Positions 11,323-25,500 of a stretch of DNA of 64,000 bases are shown here, one piece after another. Within the stretch, counting starts at the first letter, position 1. Each line of letters begins with the position of its first letter. The stretch is taken from positions 19,530,001 through 19,594,000 of the forward strand of contig OX597819.1 of the NCBI GenBank assembly GCA_951406725.2. The letters are read 5' to 3'. This stretch comes from Octopus vulgaris. Taxonomy: Eukaryota. Both the position numbers and the translations under genes were made by a program. The notes below the pieces were generated by a model. It had not been told where the DNA came from, made no database searches, and worked only from the letters and a program-made list of their open reading frames with translations.

Positions 11323-13878
11323 GTAGCACCACTCACAACCGGAACTTCATCTTCATTTCATTTCCGTTTCTTTTTTTACATCGTATTCTCTTATTGTTAG
11401 TTGACAGATTGGATTATAAGATTTGCAACGCGCCCGCCATTTGTCAGTCGGTCAATATTCGCTTGGGTCGTCCCAGAAACACTCCGAGTAACGTCCAGGT
11501 CTGTCTCCATCTTTGCGGGATAATTCTTCATCCTCTGAACTTATGTGTATATGTGTGTTTGCGTGCGTATGTATTTATATTTATCTATAAGTATAATTCT
11601 GCATATTTATACACAATCATACATAATACATACGGACACGTTCACACACACACACACACTGCCCAAATGAAGTGAAAGAGAAATGGAGAGATGAACAGCG
11701 TTTGAAGTAACAATATGCAGTCAGAAATTCGAAGTTTGTTCAATTCCTTCACAACTTGACGTTATAGAAACAATACTTCGAAAAAACGCAGGTGAGCAGT
11801 ATTAATGTCGTACTACGAGAACATATAATCGAGGCCTGTTCAAAAATCCCTTCTGTTTGAAGCTTATTTTTACAAATGTGATCATAGATAGTCATGAAAT
11901 TGTCCTTTTCCATAAATTCAGTTCAAGTCAGGCCTGTGAAGAAAGTGGAGGACCACTTTTCATGCTTTTATCAAGCTTTATTATTGTAATGAATGCGAGT
12001 GAAAAACATTCTACCACTTGTCGTAAAGTTCAGCGAGTTTGTGCTTGAATTGATTAAAGAAACGGAATGAATCCTCTCTGAAAGTGACGGAGTTACACTT
12101 CCTTATTCCCCTTTAAATACATTCGTCCAAACAAGTAAATAAGCATACACGTATACATATACGTATATATAAATATATATTAATATTATCTTTACACGGA
12201 TGTATGTGTTGTTTATACACGCACACATATCTCTATACAGCAATGCTTATAGATATATACACGCTGCCATAAACAAACAGGTTATCACACATGACATGCC
12301 GAACTAAATGCTGCTCCAAGTGTAAATAAATGAAAAATAACAAAACGCTGTGTGACACATTTCTTTGCAAGAATGCTCCTACTTTCAAACATAAACATAC
12401 AGCAACGTAGAATTGTGTCGCCAGTTTCCTATAAACTGTATTAGTGGCCATATAAAATATATTCGTTGATTCTTTTATTTTCTTTACTTCGGTGTTTCCT
12501 TCATCTACAGATCAATAGATGTAGTTCTGTGACTTCACAAAACACTCTCTTTTAGAATGTCGTCTCAAATCTTAATCTTTTTTGTAATCCTGGATTGCCA
12601 AAAGAAATATATTCTCGCCATAAATTGAACAGTGTTTTATATAGAGAGGGTTTCGCCTCCTGTCACATTTACTCTGTACTATTTACTAGAAAATTCGGTC
12701 AACAGGATAAGAGAAAATAGTGGAATCATTCACCCTGTAAATGTAATCAGGTAATCAGCAATTCTTGAATGCGAAATGACAAACAGTGTAGAACAAAAAC
12801 AGTTTAATTTCCATTAAAGATACAGCCGCTGCGTCGCTAATAGAATTCACACTTATTGCCCGAAGTCTACAGAACCACGAGAGAAACTCGTTTCGCATTG
12901 GTACGAGATGATAGTTCAGTCGGTACGTAGTTTATTATCTGGCAAAGTTACCGTTTGATTTTAAATATTTGTTGGGTGTGTTTTACTGGGCTGCTGCACA
13001 CGCAATAACATAACACGCAGAGACGCATGGACACGACTCTCACACACTCACACAGGTACACACAGACACACACACACACGCGCGCAGACACACACAAAAT
13101 TCACATAAATACGCACGTGTACGTGAGAACACATAAAGGTATAGGTCATAGATGAAAATGAGATATCGTTGCTATAGAATACACTTACTAGTGCTCAAGG
13201 GGGTTAAGCTTGAGCTGAGTAGAGAAGTAAATTGAAGGATAAGCATGTTACATAGGTCAATATAAAAAGTATGTTAAATGCATAAAATATGTACATTATT
13301 TTTACGTAAAAATCACGTTGCACATTGGTTGGTAAACCGTGCAAATATTCAAAGACCGTAGCCACATAAACTCCAGTGAAAGACATATGGGGATCTGGCG
13401 TAGCAATTGGCGTCCCCGAATGGTATGGCGAAGAACAAAGAATTCATTAAAGAGAAGGTTGTCGATATTTGTTCTGATACTTTTAATTATAACTTTAAGT
13501 ATTAGGACGTTAAGTCATTTAATATATCGATTTCTGTCTAAAATGAAGATTCTGATTGTCACGTGGCGGAAAGGAACAATGGTTATGAAGGTGTCTTTAC
13601 AGGAGGTGTGTGTAGAAGACGTCCGCATCAAGATTTGTAGAACCAAACTCGGGCACTGGGAACTGTTGTTGATAGAAATTAATTTTCTCATTAGGATTTT
13701 CGGTAAGGACATAATTTATTTGTATCTAAATAAATTTAGAGTAACTTGTGTGATATACGTACATACAAACACATACACACACATAAACACAAACACACAC
13801 ACACATATGTGTGTGTATATATATATATTTATATATGTGTGTGTATTGATAAAGATATACATATATATATATATACAC

Positions 13879-13946
<68 letters not shown>

Positions 13947-14717
13947 ATAAATATATACCCACATATACACATAATTGTATACATTTATGTATAGGTATCT
14001 GTATATGCATACATACACATACATATATATGTGTGTGTCTGAACATATATATGCAGTTATGTATAAAGATATATATACTAATACACACAAATGTGTGTTT
14101 GTTTGTGTGGTTTAGCGTGAGTCTTTATGTTGTAGGCCATTTCTTCATAGCTAGATCGATCAACAAATAATATTTATGGAAAAGTCTCGAGAAATAGACA
14201 ATATCATTGGGAATTTAATGAGGCTGCGAAGCAGTTATTAAAACGTCAACGAAACCACAAAATGTAGAAATCTATTAAATTTTTCCTCCTACAGTAACAG
14301 AAGCGCCAATGGCTGACACGAAGCCATCTTTAAACAATGCAGCATTATTGTGTAATTGTGTTTCAGATTCACTATTGAAACTGATGCGGTGATAGAAGTT
14401 AGGGAAAATAAATATAAAAATACTAAACAAATTTACTGAGAATGCTTATTTTCTCGTCTACTCACATTCTTTAAATCTACGTTTTCCCTGGTAATGTCAT
14501 GATAAATATGAAAATATATCTCTTTCCGATAAAGGGCTTGAATCGAAACGTCGGTAATCTTAACTCACCTCGACATATAAACTAAGATAAATTAGCGATG
14601 GTAACTTAATATTTCCTGATGACACAACTCTACTGGTTTCTATAGATTCAATTTAGATATTGGAGTGTTGTTTAATGTTACGAGGGCATATTTGGGTGAG
14701 TATACAATTCTACCTCG

Positions 14718-14966
14718 TGCCGCTCCGTCGGTTACGACGAAAAGGGTTCAAGTTGATCCGATCAACAGCACATACTGTATTTGAAATAAAAGTGCAAGAG
14801 AAACAGGAAGAAAGAGTGAGAGAAAACCACCATCCCCTGCCGTTGTCTTGTGGAGTTTTAGGTGTTTTCGCACAATAAACACTCACAACGCCCGGTCTGG
14901 GGATCGAAGCCGCGATCCTAGAACCGCGAGTCTGCTGCTCTAACCACTGAGCAATTGCGTCTGTAC
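14718..14966 (-). mobile_element. tRNA-derived SINE (family C)
   Basis: Minus-strand head has an A box (gctcagtggttag) and B box (ggcttcgatcccc). The body is shared with 54330-54447. Confidence 0.85.
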
Positions 14967-15641
14967 ATTCCTACATAAACGTATATTCTAACACATTTGG
15001 GAATCCTATGTTTGTATGTTTTTGCTAATGCCTATATTCCTGCTGGTGTTGTTGCTGTCGTTTTGCTTGTTCTGCTAAATCAGCTGATATTGAGCCCACA
15101 CGCTCTCAACTATATTCCAGTCAAGATCGTATTTTCAGAAGAGGACCATAGGAATGTTTCAACTTGTAACATTTGTAGAGACTGGAGATTCTCAGGTAGA
15201 ATCTCTCGTTGTATTTATCAGAAAATCTGCCTATATAATGCAATATAATATACATTATATAGAACATTATATACATCCATATATAGAAACACCGTATATA
15301 GATCGATGGAAAATAGCTAAATAGCAGAAAAATGAAAGCGGTTAGACATTCAAGTTCACGTCTCGTTAAAGACTACTAATCCTTACCAACATGCATACAC
15401 ACACACATACACACACACACATATATATACACAAGGACAAAGATACACACTTATATAATTACATATATGAGAATACAAAGAAAATGATGTGTAAACAAAT
15501 TTCGAATGTTATTCGAAACTTTGTCGGCCTATGTGCATACCCTCGTAATATCCACGAACAACCTTCTCATAAATCCATTCATCTTAGCATGAAATGTAAA
15601 CTAGATTATATTCTTTAATTCTTTCAGTCATTACAATGCAG

Positions 15642-15777
15642 TCTCTCCCTCTTCGGAACGTTCCAGGTAGTATTTTCTCCCTCACTTGAGAATGTTTCAG
15701 GAATTAGTTCTCTCCTCCTCGGACCTTTCCAGGAATTCATTCTCCCGCCGTTCGCTTTCTCCGCACTTTCCAGGAAA
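15642..15777. repeat. Four degenerate ~33-bp tandem units, each ending in TTYCAGGWA
   Basis: ttccaggta 15661, tttcaggaa 15695, ttccaggaa 15727 and ttccaggaa 15768, each preceded by a tctcc(c) motif. Confidence 0.65.
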
Positions 15778-16111
15778 CACAGAAAGACACACACACAAAA
15801 TCACACACATATTCTCATACACACAACCAGACAAACGCGCCCAAACACAAACACCCACCAAAATCACAGTCACAAACACACACACACACACGACCACATA
15901 TATACATATATGTACGATGGTATATATGTATTATAAGATTTAGTACGTACTAGGTTTACCATGTACCAAAACAAGGTATTTCATATTACTTCACATTCCT
16001 TCATATAGTGTAAATTTGCATGTGGAATAAATTTAGGGGCCTAGAAAGGAGACTTTAGGATTTTTTCACAATTTTAAAAGTACAACAGACAGTCCAAAGG
16101 GTTTTGAATAC

Positions 16112-16328
16112 TTTTCTTTTCTAGTCCAGGCACAAGGCCCGAAAGTTTGGGGGAAAGGGCCACTCGATTAGATAGAACCCCAGTACGCAACTGGTACCTA
16201 ATTTATCGACCCCGAAAGGATGAGAAGCAAAGCGCCCTGGGCGGAATTTGAACTCAGAATGTAAAGACAGACGAAATATCGATAAGCACTTCGCACGGCG
16301 TGCTAAGGATTCTGCCAGCTCCCCGCCT
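16112..16328 (-). mobile_element. tRNA-derived SINE (family B, short-tail variant)
   Basis: Reverse complement of ggcggggagctggcagaatc...gagttcaaattccgcc...catcctttcggggtcgataaattaggtaccag. Confidence 0.85.
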
Positions 16329-16560
16329 ACAAAGTCTTTTGAATCCTAGCAACAAACAGAGGGGCGAAACACGAAGCTCTGTCCCTTTTTTTATACCCAA
16401 TTAAAACGTATCAGCCCACTCTGCAATCACGTAATTTTTTCACACTGTGTAATTTATGTTTGCATTGGTTTTATAAACATTACAAGTTATAAATCCATCC
16501 ATAAGCATTCATACATATAAACATACATATATAAGATAAAAATTTGTGCATCCATGTATG

Positions 16561-16613
<53 letters not shown>

Positions 16614-17079
16614 TTTACATAAGCGTATATAATTATAAATAGATATGCTTATATATATATATATCTATGTATAGGTATGCGTATATATATACATATATAT
16701 ATATATATGCATATACATATATATATATATATTTGTATATATATATAATTATATGTGTGTGTTTGTATGTGGGTGTATGTTGGGTTGGTCGTGGGTGTTT
16801 GAGTGTTTCTGTGTGTGCATAAATATAGCAAGAAATATCTGGCAATCATGTCAAATATTTCTTTTGTGCAAAGCAAGCGATTAGCCGTGTGGTGCTCAAT
16901 ATAAGTGAATGATTCAGGTTTACAACGAGGCTATAATTATGTAAAAGTACAAATAAAGAAGAAAAAAAGTGACGGAGACACTTGAAAAGAAAACCAAGCT
17001 TCGTATGGAAATAAAGCCGTAATATATTCTTTATCATCTCCATCATCTTCATATTAAATATAGTTATGCTCATATGTAT

Positions 17080-17593
<514 letters not shown>

Positions 17594-18332
17594 TGTAGTC
17601 GTATATGTAGAGATGTATTAACGATACGGTTCTACTTGTATGTATATGTACGTATTTATTATTTTTTCCATTGCGGTTATTCATTTTCCATTCTCTAACA
17701 ATCCGTTTGGAATGTTCTCTTTTGCCGAAGATGTGCAATCAGATTCTTTGCCTTAAAATATATATTCTCTATTCAATTGCAGACAATTATGCTTTGTCTC
17801 ATTCCCACATTGCGCTCTCTCGCGCACTATTTGATATTCCATACGCATCCTTTTAGTTTTCTATAAGCATCTAGTAATTTAATTTCAGCACGAATTTCTA
17901 ATATGCTATTCATAATAACATTACATTTTCACAATAGATTCAATCTGGTTCACATTGTTTTTTGTGTCTCATTCATATACTTCGTTTTACAATTCATTCT
18001 CGCAGTTGAATAGTTGTGAATTTACGAAAGAAAAAGGGAAAAATATAGAGCGACTTAAAAATTAGAAACATATAAAATATAATTTATAAAAAAAAAAAAG
18101 AGAAAATATATATCAAAAACAAATGGAGTTGATATAGAACTGCGAGATGAACGTAAGTAGGTATGTATATAATTATATTTGTATGTATATATACCAGTAC
18201 GTGTATTTTAAAAACATACAAACACACAAACACGCACATGTACAAATATACATACACACACGTAGATTCATACGTACATGCATACATTTATACATTATTA
18301 CATATATATATATATACATACATACATATATA

Positions 18333-18426
<94 letters not shown>

Positions 18427-18583
18427 TATACGTATGTATATGCATATAGAGTGAAGGAGAGAAAGAGAGAACAGAAGCGAGGGTGAGATAGACAGAGTGA
18501 GTGAGAGAGAGAAAGAGAGAGAGAAAATGACATTGAAATTATATGCATAAGCGTTAAATGCATGTAATTAAGATGTTTGAATG

Positions 18584-18638
<55 letters not shown>

Positions 18639-18639
<1 letters not shown>

Positions 18640-18831
18640 TGTATTATGAAGCAGCAAAAATATCACAAAATGTGTCACTCAGAGTTTCATGTTCCCGTGA
18701 ACGGAACGCGAAACTGTGAGTAACAGATTTTGGAATATTTTTCCTGCTTTTTAATAAAGCATATTAATCTACCTATGGTATTCGAGTACTATTTTTCCAC
18801 CATGCTCCGCATTAATATACTTACTCTGGTA
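18639..18831 (+). mobile_element. Fold-back + tail element (Penelope-like terminus), same family as 21726-21945
   Basis: Arm 18639-18695 is the inverse of 18703-18759. The tail catattaatctacc...tggtattcgagtact...tactctggtatata is homologous to 21873-21945. Confidence 0.7.
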
Positions 18832-18906
18832 TATATATATATATATATATATCTATATATATATACATATATATATTTATGTATACATATATATTTGTGT
18901 ATGTGG

Positions 18907-18950
<44 letters not shown>

Positions 18951-20011
18951 GTGTATGTATGTATGTAAGTATATATATATATAAAATTATATTCAGCGAG
19001 AGAAATAGAGAGAGAGAGAGAGACAGAGGAAGAGAGTAAAAGAGGGATACATATACATACATAAATACATATATATGTATATATATATATAAATGAAATG
19101 ATATTGAATGTATGAATTCATTTCGACCTGCAGAATATTGGCGTGGAAAAGGAAAAACTAGAACGCCATTTTTGAATGTTTGCTTCTGGTATCATGACAT
19201 CAGTTATATTTTGGAAACCATCAAACTTTTGGCATCCAAGACAAAAGTGTTCATATCCACGGTGTCCAGAGTTCATTCGAGTTTCAATAGTATTGCTCGT
19301 TACACACGATAAACGTTCAAAGATGACTTAGAGAAAATGAGAAAGAATGTTTCAATAGCGATGAGATTACGGGAGAAGAAATCCCAAACGAAACAATGGG
19401 AAAATATCGATTTTTCTCTGATAACCTAAATAACAGCATAGGCTTAGTTACACACGGAGAAAATTAAATGTATGTTGCCTTGCGAACTTCAAAACACACA
19501 CGAACTTGTGAATGGACGCTTTTCCGAGTTATAATTTGTTGAGGGGTTCAACGGACTATACATCACTTTGTCTCGAAGCGTTATTGCCTTTCTTTTAATA
19601 TATAAGTCGTAAGAAAACACGGTATTATCTAGTTGTTTGTTTTTTCGTATTGAAGCTCTTTTTTTCTTATCTTCTTTTTTTAAAAATTTTTCCTCGCAGA
19701 CAATTAGAATCTGTCTATAACATTGAAACTATAATGCGTTATAGATAATTTTCTAAGAACACTTCACAGGTAGGTGTCATTATAGTGATGACTTTCAATA
19801 AATAATTGATGAAATTGCACAGGTGAAAAAACGCATATATACTGAATTTTCTGTTCACGAATATTCACTTCCCTGCTTTTGTACTCAGAGGTTTTATGCA
19901 CACAATATACATCGGTACATGCACAGTCTTAACTTTTAATATAAAGAACATCAGAAAATAACTTAAAAGTCGAATTAGAATTAATAATGCAAGCTAAACA
20001 TTCAACAGATT

Positions 20012-20043
20012 AGGAGTGGCTCTGTGGTAAGTAGCTTGCTTAC
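20012..20043 (+). mobile_element. Isolated head of SINE family A
   Basis: aggagtggctctgtggtaagtagcttgcttac matches the family A 5' end and then stops abruptly. Confidence 0.7.
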
Positions 20044-20776
20044 TCAGCATGCAACGCTAGTTGGCCTGGTGCTTACAGAGAGAAGACACGAGCTTTGACT
20101 CCGTGAATAGGAAAAAGAGCAACAAGAGAAAGTGTCAAGGTTAGTCGATTTTTCGTCCTCCGAGCTGAGTAGGAATTTACTGCGAGTTTTCTTTTTCAGT
20201 AGGTTTCTGCCTGGCTCAGGGGCGATTTCGTCTGCCTTGGTGGCTTTGAATTATGGCTCACTCTAGCGAGCAAAAGTATTGTCTTCTCATCGCCATAACG
20301 GCGAAGTGAGAATTTTTTGAGAACTTCTTTGGAGTAAAATTCTGTGTGGCGTTTTTTTCCGCCAAATAATTTGTACATTCTGGTGGGCATATTTCGCTAG
20401 AAACAGTAGAACACTGTGGGGTTTACCTAACTGGAGTACTATCGAGAATATTGACTACTGGATATACCTGTAGGAGTATTATACAAAAGGATTCCCTGTC
20501 TGTTCTATATTTGAAGTTTTCTTTTTTTTCCCTTCTTTCATTTTTCTTTCTTTCTAAATTTCGGTTCATTCTTTTTCTCATTATTTTAATTTCAGTTTCT
20601 TTTCCTTCTCTTTTCTTTTGTTTTTCTTTTGTTTTTATTGTTTTATCTTTTTTCGTGGACTGTTTTTATGAACTGCTTTTAAACTGGTTTTTTTTAACAT
20701 CGCAGAGAAGGAAATTAAAAAGAAGAACCCTGTCTTAGAGTGGGAAATTATCCCACCGAAGCAGTGGTTAAAAGAT

Positions 20777-21390
20777 ATGGAGGAGATAGCGGTGGTGGTT
20801 AGAACTTATTCTAAAGTTCTTGATACTGTCTCCGTCTTCCCAAAACTAACTATAGAAAAAGAACTGAAAGACTATTTGTTCTCTGTTAAATACATATCCC
20901 GCGGTATCAAGCATTCAACCGTATGGTTCCTGTTTGACACTCCGGAGGAAACTCGCAATTTCGCGATCCAGCCCTTGGAGGGCAACGAAATTCTGTTCCT
21001 CTCGTGGTACTGCGAGAGGCGAGTTGGGTTGAAGATATCATCCGACGGGGACTGGGGGATGGCGGGCCCAGGCTCTTAAATGTAAGGGTATTGCCGGCGG
21101 TCGATTGGTAAGGGTCAAGAGTGATTTTGACCCTGTGGACCCCTTCAGACGCAACAGATCTGGTTTTTCCAGATTTTGTTTTAAATGGCTGGCTGCAGGA
21201 ATCCGGTGATATTGAGGGACGTACCCCTAAGTCTCACTCGTGCCTGCAGTCAGGCCATATTAAAAAGAACTGTTCCGAGGACACTAGTAAGGTCCTGGAA
21301 CTATCACTGGATGCCACCTCCCCTACCCGGTCAAAGGGAGAGGTGGAGGTGGTTGAGGAGGCCATTTCTAACTACTCCTTTAATTGATTA
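20777..21390 (+). pseudogene. Decayed gag-like ORF1 of an L1/Tx1-type non-LTR retrotransposon
   Basis: ORF fragments 20777-21079 and 21121-21387. IEGRTPKSHSCLQSGHIKKNC is a GRxPxCxxCxxxGHxxxxC zinc knuckle with the first Cys mutated. Sequence from ~20045 may be its 5' UTR. Confidence 0.6.
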
Positions 21391-21679
21391 ATGAGAACGT
21401 AACGTCATTGCAAAAATACTTTTACGCTTTTTCTACCCTAGCTTCCACAATCTTCACCACACTCATAATTACACACACACACACGCACACACACATACAC
21501 ACACAGACACACACACATACACACACAACACACACATATATATATAATGCACATATATAGGGGTGTACATAAAACATTTATGATGAATCTCTCAAATAGA
21601 GATGAAAGCGATAAATGAAAAAATTTCATTCTTACTATCACCTTTTCATGCATACATATATTCATACACACATTATATG

Positions 21680-21725
<46 letters not shown>

Positions 21726-21726
<1 letters not shown>

Positions 21727-21944
21727 TTTATTTAAAGAAGCAGAAAATTCTACAAAACCTGTTATTCTGAGTTTCACGTTGCCGTTCATCGGACAGTTGT
21801 ATGCATGCATGTTTACATACATACATATATATGTAACAGGTTTTGTAGAATGTTCTGCTGCTTTAAATAAAGCATATTACTCTACCAGTGGTATTTGAGT
21901 ACTCTTTTTTTCCACCTTGTTTCACATTTATGTGTTTACTCCGG

Positions 21945-21945
<1 letters not shown>
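21726..21945 (+). mobile_element. Fold-back + tail element (Penelope-like terminus) in (TA)n
   Basis: 21726-21764 is the inverse of 21834-21872 and the tail runs to 21945. The minus strand of 21765-21797 reads CCGATGA-ACG-gcaa-CGT-GAAA-c-TC (hammerhead-like). Confidence 0.7.
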
Positions 21946-21976
<31 letters not shown>

Positions 21977-22652
21977 TTGTATGTATGCATATGTTTCGTG
22001 TTTGTATTTTGTTTGCAAGAACCCTTGTGTGAATTTATGTGTTAAAACATATTTTGCTGTCTAGGGAAAGTCATTACGTCAACATTACGGACACACGCAC
22101 TGATTACATTTCACTTTTTCATTATTAGTCAAACGGTTAGATATGTTTTCATTTAAGTAATCGATCGTTTGTTTAATTTGTTGTGGTTTTTATTCGTCAA
22201 TTCTCTTTCATTGTAATTTGCATGCTTTTCAGTAACTTCATTTATTCGTTAACGGAGGCCACAGTTGTCCCTGTTTGAGAATTTGATGCTTGTATGTGTG
22301 TGTGTCTGTTTTTTTGCGCCCGCTTGTGTGCGTACCTGTGCGAGCGCGGGCTTACCGTATATATACATACGCATATATACATATATATACGTATATATAC
22401 ATATATATATATATATATAAATATAAGAGAGTGACCACTATGTGGTTAACTCTAGTGCTAAAAATAGCTCCGTTACTGGTATAGCCACATAAAGATGTTT
22501 TCAAGAAGAAATAACATTACATTTAACGTAAGGAAAGTGAAATATAACGAAAAAATAGATTAACCCTGAACAATTGTTTCATTATTAATGTAATATGCAA
22601 TTTTACTTACACAACATCTATAAATCATCGGCAGAGGTTTGTCTTTTTCACC

Positions 22653-22699
<47 letters not shown>

Positions 22700-22789
22700 G
22701 AGATGGTACATGGTTTTTAATTTTCATTCCTTTCATGAATTTATCCTTTTTTGTGTTCTAGCACAACGCTTCCCTCTTTGGAAGCATCT

Positions 22790-22851
<62 letters not shown>

Positions 22852-23458
22852 ATACATGTATGTGTGTGTCTGAATTATTCAGTAGAGGTGTTTTATAGCA
22901 GTAAAATGTCGCTACACCGTGGTTAATTAAGTTAATATTTGATCATAGAGCTGCTCGGCATATTTCTCAGTCCCTTAAGCTCTAATTCAAGTGCAACTTT
23001 CACTCTTCAAAGGCATTCTTCTGAGAGCCATGTGACATAACTACTGGAATTGAGCTTCACGCTATGGTATAACTTGACCTTAATATATGGACATAGAAGA
23101 AAATTAACGAAAACAGTTACTTTACCTCATAGCGTGACCTTCTCAATCAATGAATTTGTACGTCAAGAGATGGCGATCTGAGTCACACTCTCTCTTAAAA
23201 TTCGAAGTCATCTTTGATCAACGGCATGAAACAATATAGTTGTTACACTGATCCACGTCCTTCCAAACTTATGAACATTCATAAAAAAGTGAAACCGGTT
23301 GAATGTATTAACATTGCTATGAATCAATTTTCTTATATGTGCTCGGCGCATTTTCGTCTTCTTTTATTTATTGTCTGTGAAATACCAAATATATGCCTGA
23401 TTAAATCTGACCTCAGCAGAATCAGAATATATGTAAGTGTGATTGTGTGTGTGCAACT

Positions 23459-23672
23459 ATAGGGAAAGTTTACGAAAAAAAACAAAAGACGAAGACAGGT
23501 GGTGTACAAAACAAACAGATGTATTAGTATAATAGCTCAAGAATAGAAAATTATTTTACGTTTCGAGCCTACGCTCTTCTACAGAAAGGTACACAGAGAA
23601 AACAAAGAGAGAAACAAGGAGAGAAAAAAAGGAGAGAAAAAATGTGTGTAGTGGCTAACGATCTATCATGGC
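23459..23672 (-). mobile_element. Penelope-like terminal fragment with a hammerhead-like core (23553-23588)
   Basis: Minus strand reads cttt-CTGTAGA-A-GAGC-gtag-GCTC-GAAA-cg-TA-aaa; tail homologous to 11035-11170. Confidence 0.65.
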
Positions 23673-25344
23673 ATCTGACTATACACACATATATATATAT
23701 ACACACACACAAAAAGATGCTCACATTCACTCCCTGACACACACACACACGTACACAAGCACACACACGTACGCACGTATATGCAGTTCTATCGTGTTCT
23801 CTAAGCATTCGTAGTGCAACGCATTTTATCTCCGTCAAGTCAAACATCGTACTTCCCTGTTGAATCAAAAGTTACCAATTACATTTTCACGAACCTCTCT
23901 CTCCTTCGTTTCCCTCTCTCGTTCTGTATATTTCTTTACCCAGTGTATCTCCCCTACTCTCTCTCCCTCTCTCTCTCTCTTAAGCCCATCTTTCTCACAC
24001 ACTCTCTCTGCATTTCTGTCTCTCTCTCTTTCGCTTTATCTCTCTTTCTCCTTCTCTCATCCCCTTATCATTTCTCATTCATTCTATTATGCTCCTCCTT
24101 ATTAACCACCAACATTTTGCAAGTTCTTCTTTGCAGCTTCTCTATCACGCAACTTCTTTAATCAAACATTACTGATTTCTTTTCTTTATTTTATGGAAAG
24201 AAATTTCGTCAATTTACAAATCTATATTTGTAGGTTATACTTCTCTTTCTCTCTCTTCCCCCTCTCTCTCTCCCCCTTTCTGATTATGTATATATACATA
24301 CATTTTGCTCTGTGCACTTCTCTGTATACCCACAAACACTCAGACACACACACACAGTTATACTCACACACACCCATCCGTAAATAGGCAAATGGCACAC
24401 ACAAATTCACACAAGAAGGCACGCATACACACACACACACACAAACAAATATATATATATAGAGAGGGAGACGAAAAGAGAGAGGAGGGATGGAGAGATG
24501 CTGATAAAGCGGGACGCTGTGAGAAAGAAGATTTTTCCTACAGCGAAATAAGTTTACGCATGCAATGCGTGAGCTTTTTATTTCATTGCAAAATATATGT
24601 ACACCCCACCACACCCTCACACACATATACACACTATCACGCACGTGTATTTACCTTTACCTCTTCCTCCCTATTTCTGTATGTATGTGCGGCGGCATGT
24701 GTGATCTTGTGCGTCTGGATATGGTTTGGTGTGTATGCACGCGTGTGCAGTAAATCGCAAGTGTTAACAATAGAAAGAAAACAGCTGAATCAATTCGGTG
24801 AATAATATTATGTGAAATTCATCAGAATTTCACATTGCGATTCTTGGTAGGAAAATATAAAAAGCAACCGAATTTTAGGTGTATACTGTTCTTACATTAA
24901 AACTCGTTGAATTGCAGGGCTTAATATTCGGCGAACGTTGTGTGGCTGGTATGGAAAATTCAGGAATAAAATTTGCAAATAGTGTAATCATTATTTGAAA
25001 GATGCATAGTTATATTTTTGTCTCAAACTGATCTCAGTGAGAAAAAAATTATATGCAACGCCATATTGAAGACATAAGACTATACTTACATGCTTGCATA
25101 TGTATTAATATGCGTTTTGGCGATATGAATGGGAAAACAATTATTAGAATAGACAAATAAATTGTGGTAGAGAAAGTTTGTTTTACTCATGTCTTCAAGT
25201 GTGAGAATCAGAATAAATACATTTGATAAATGTTGTGTTATTCAAATTTTTCCTGAGCGTTGGTGATTCAATCAGAAAGAAGGCGGAATATCCTTTCTGA
25301 GAAATACTTTGTCGTATGCAGTAACGAGCGTGACATTTCATTCA

Positions 25345-25500
25345 TCTTTACGTTCTGACTTTAAATTACGTCAAGGTGGCCTTCATCTTTTATTCTTTTC
25401 TGGGATCGATTAAATAAATACCAGCTGAACTCTAGGGTCTACGTAATCGGCTTATTCAATCCCCTAAAACTGTTGATCTTGTGGCAAAATTTGAAATCAG
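25345..25500 (+). mobile_element. Old SINE family B fragment
   Basis: tttacgttctgactttaaatt...ttttctgggatcgattaaataaataccag...gtaatcg...cttgtggcaaaatttgaaa. Confidence 0.6.

Noticed and set aside
11400-11540. GC-richer patch with GRPR/GRPK peptides, possibly an RTE ORF end or an exon
   Set aside because: The motif is too short, appears on both strands, and has no supporting context.
13320-13710. Possible GIY-YIG or other coding relic
   Set aside because: Only a vague resemblance in one minus frame, with no diagnostic motif.
14520-14560. ccgataaagggcttgaatcgaaacgtcgg (and the similar motif at ~59425-59458) as hammerheads
   Set aside because: The GAAACGTC end is suggestive of old PLE termini, but the core and stem II are too decayed to call.
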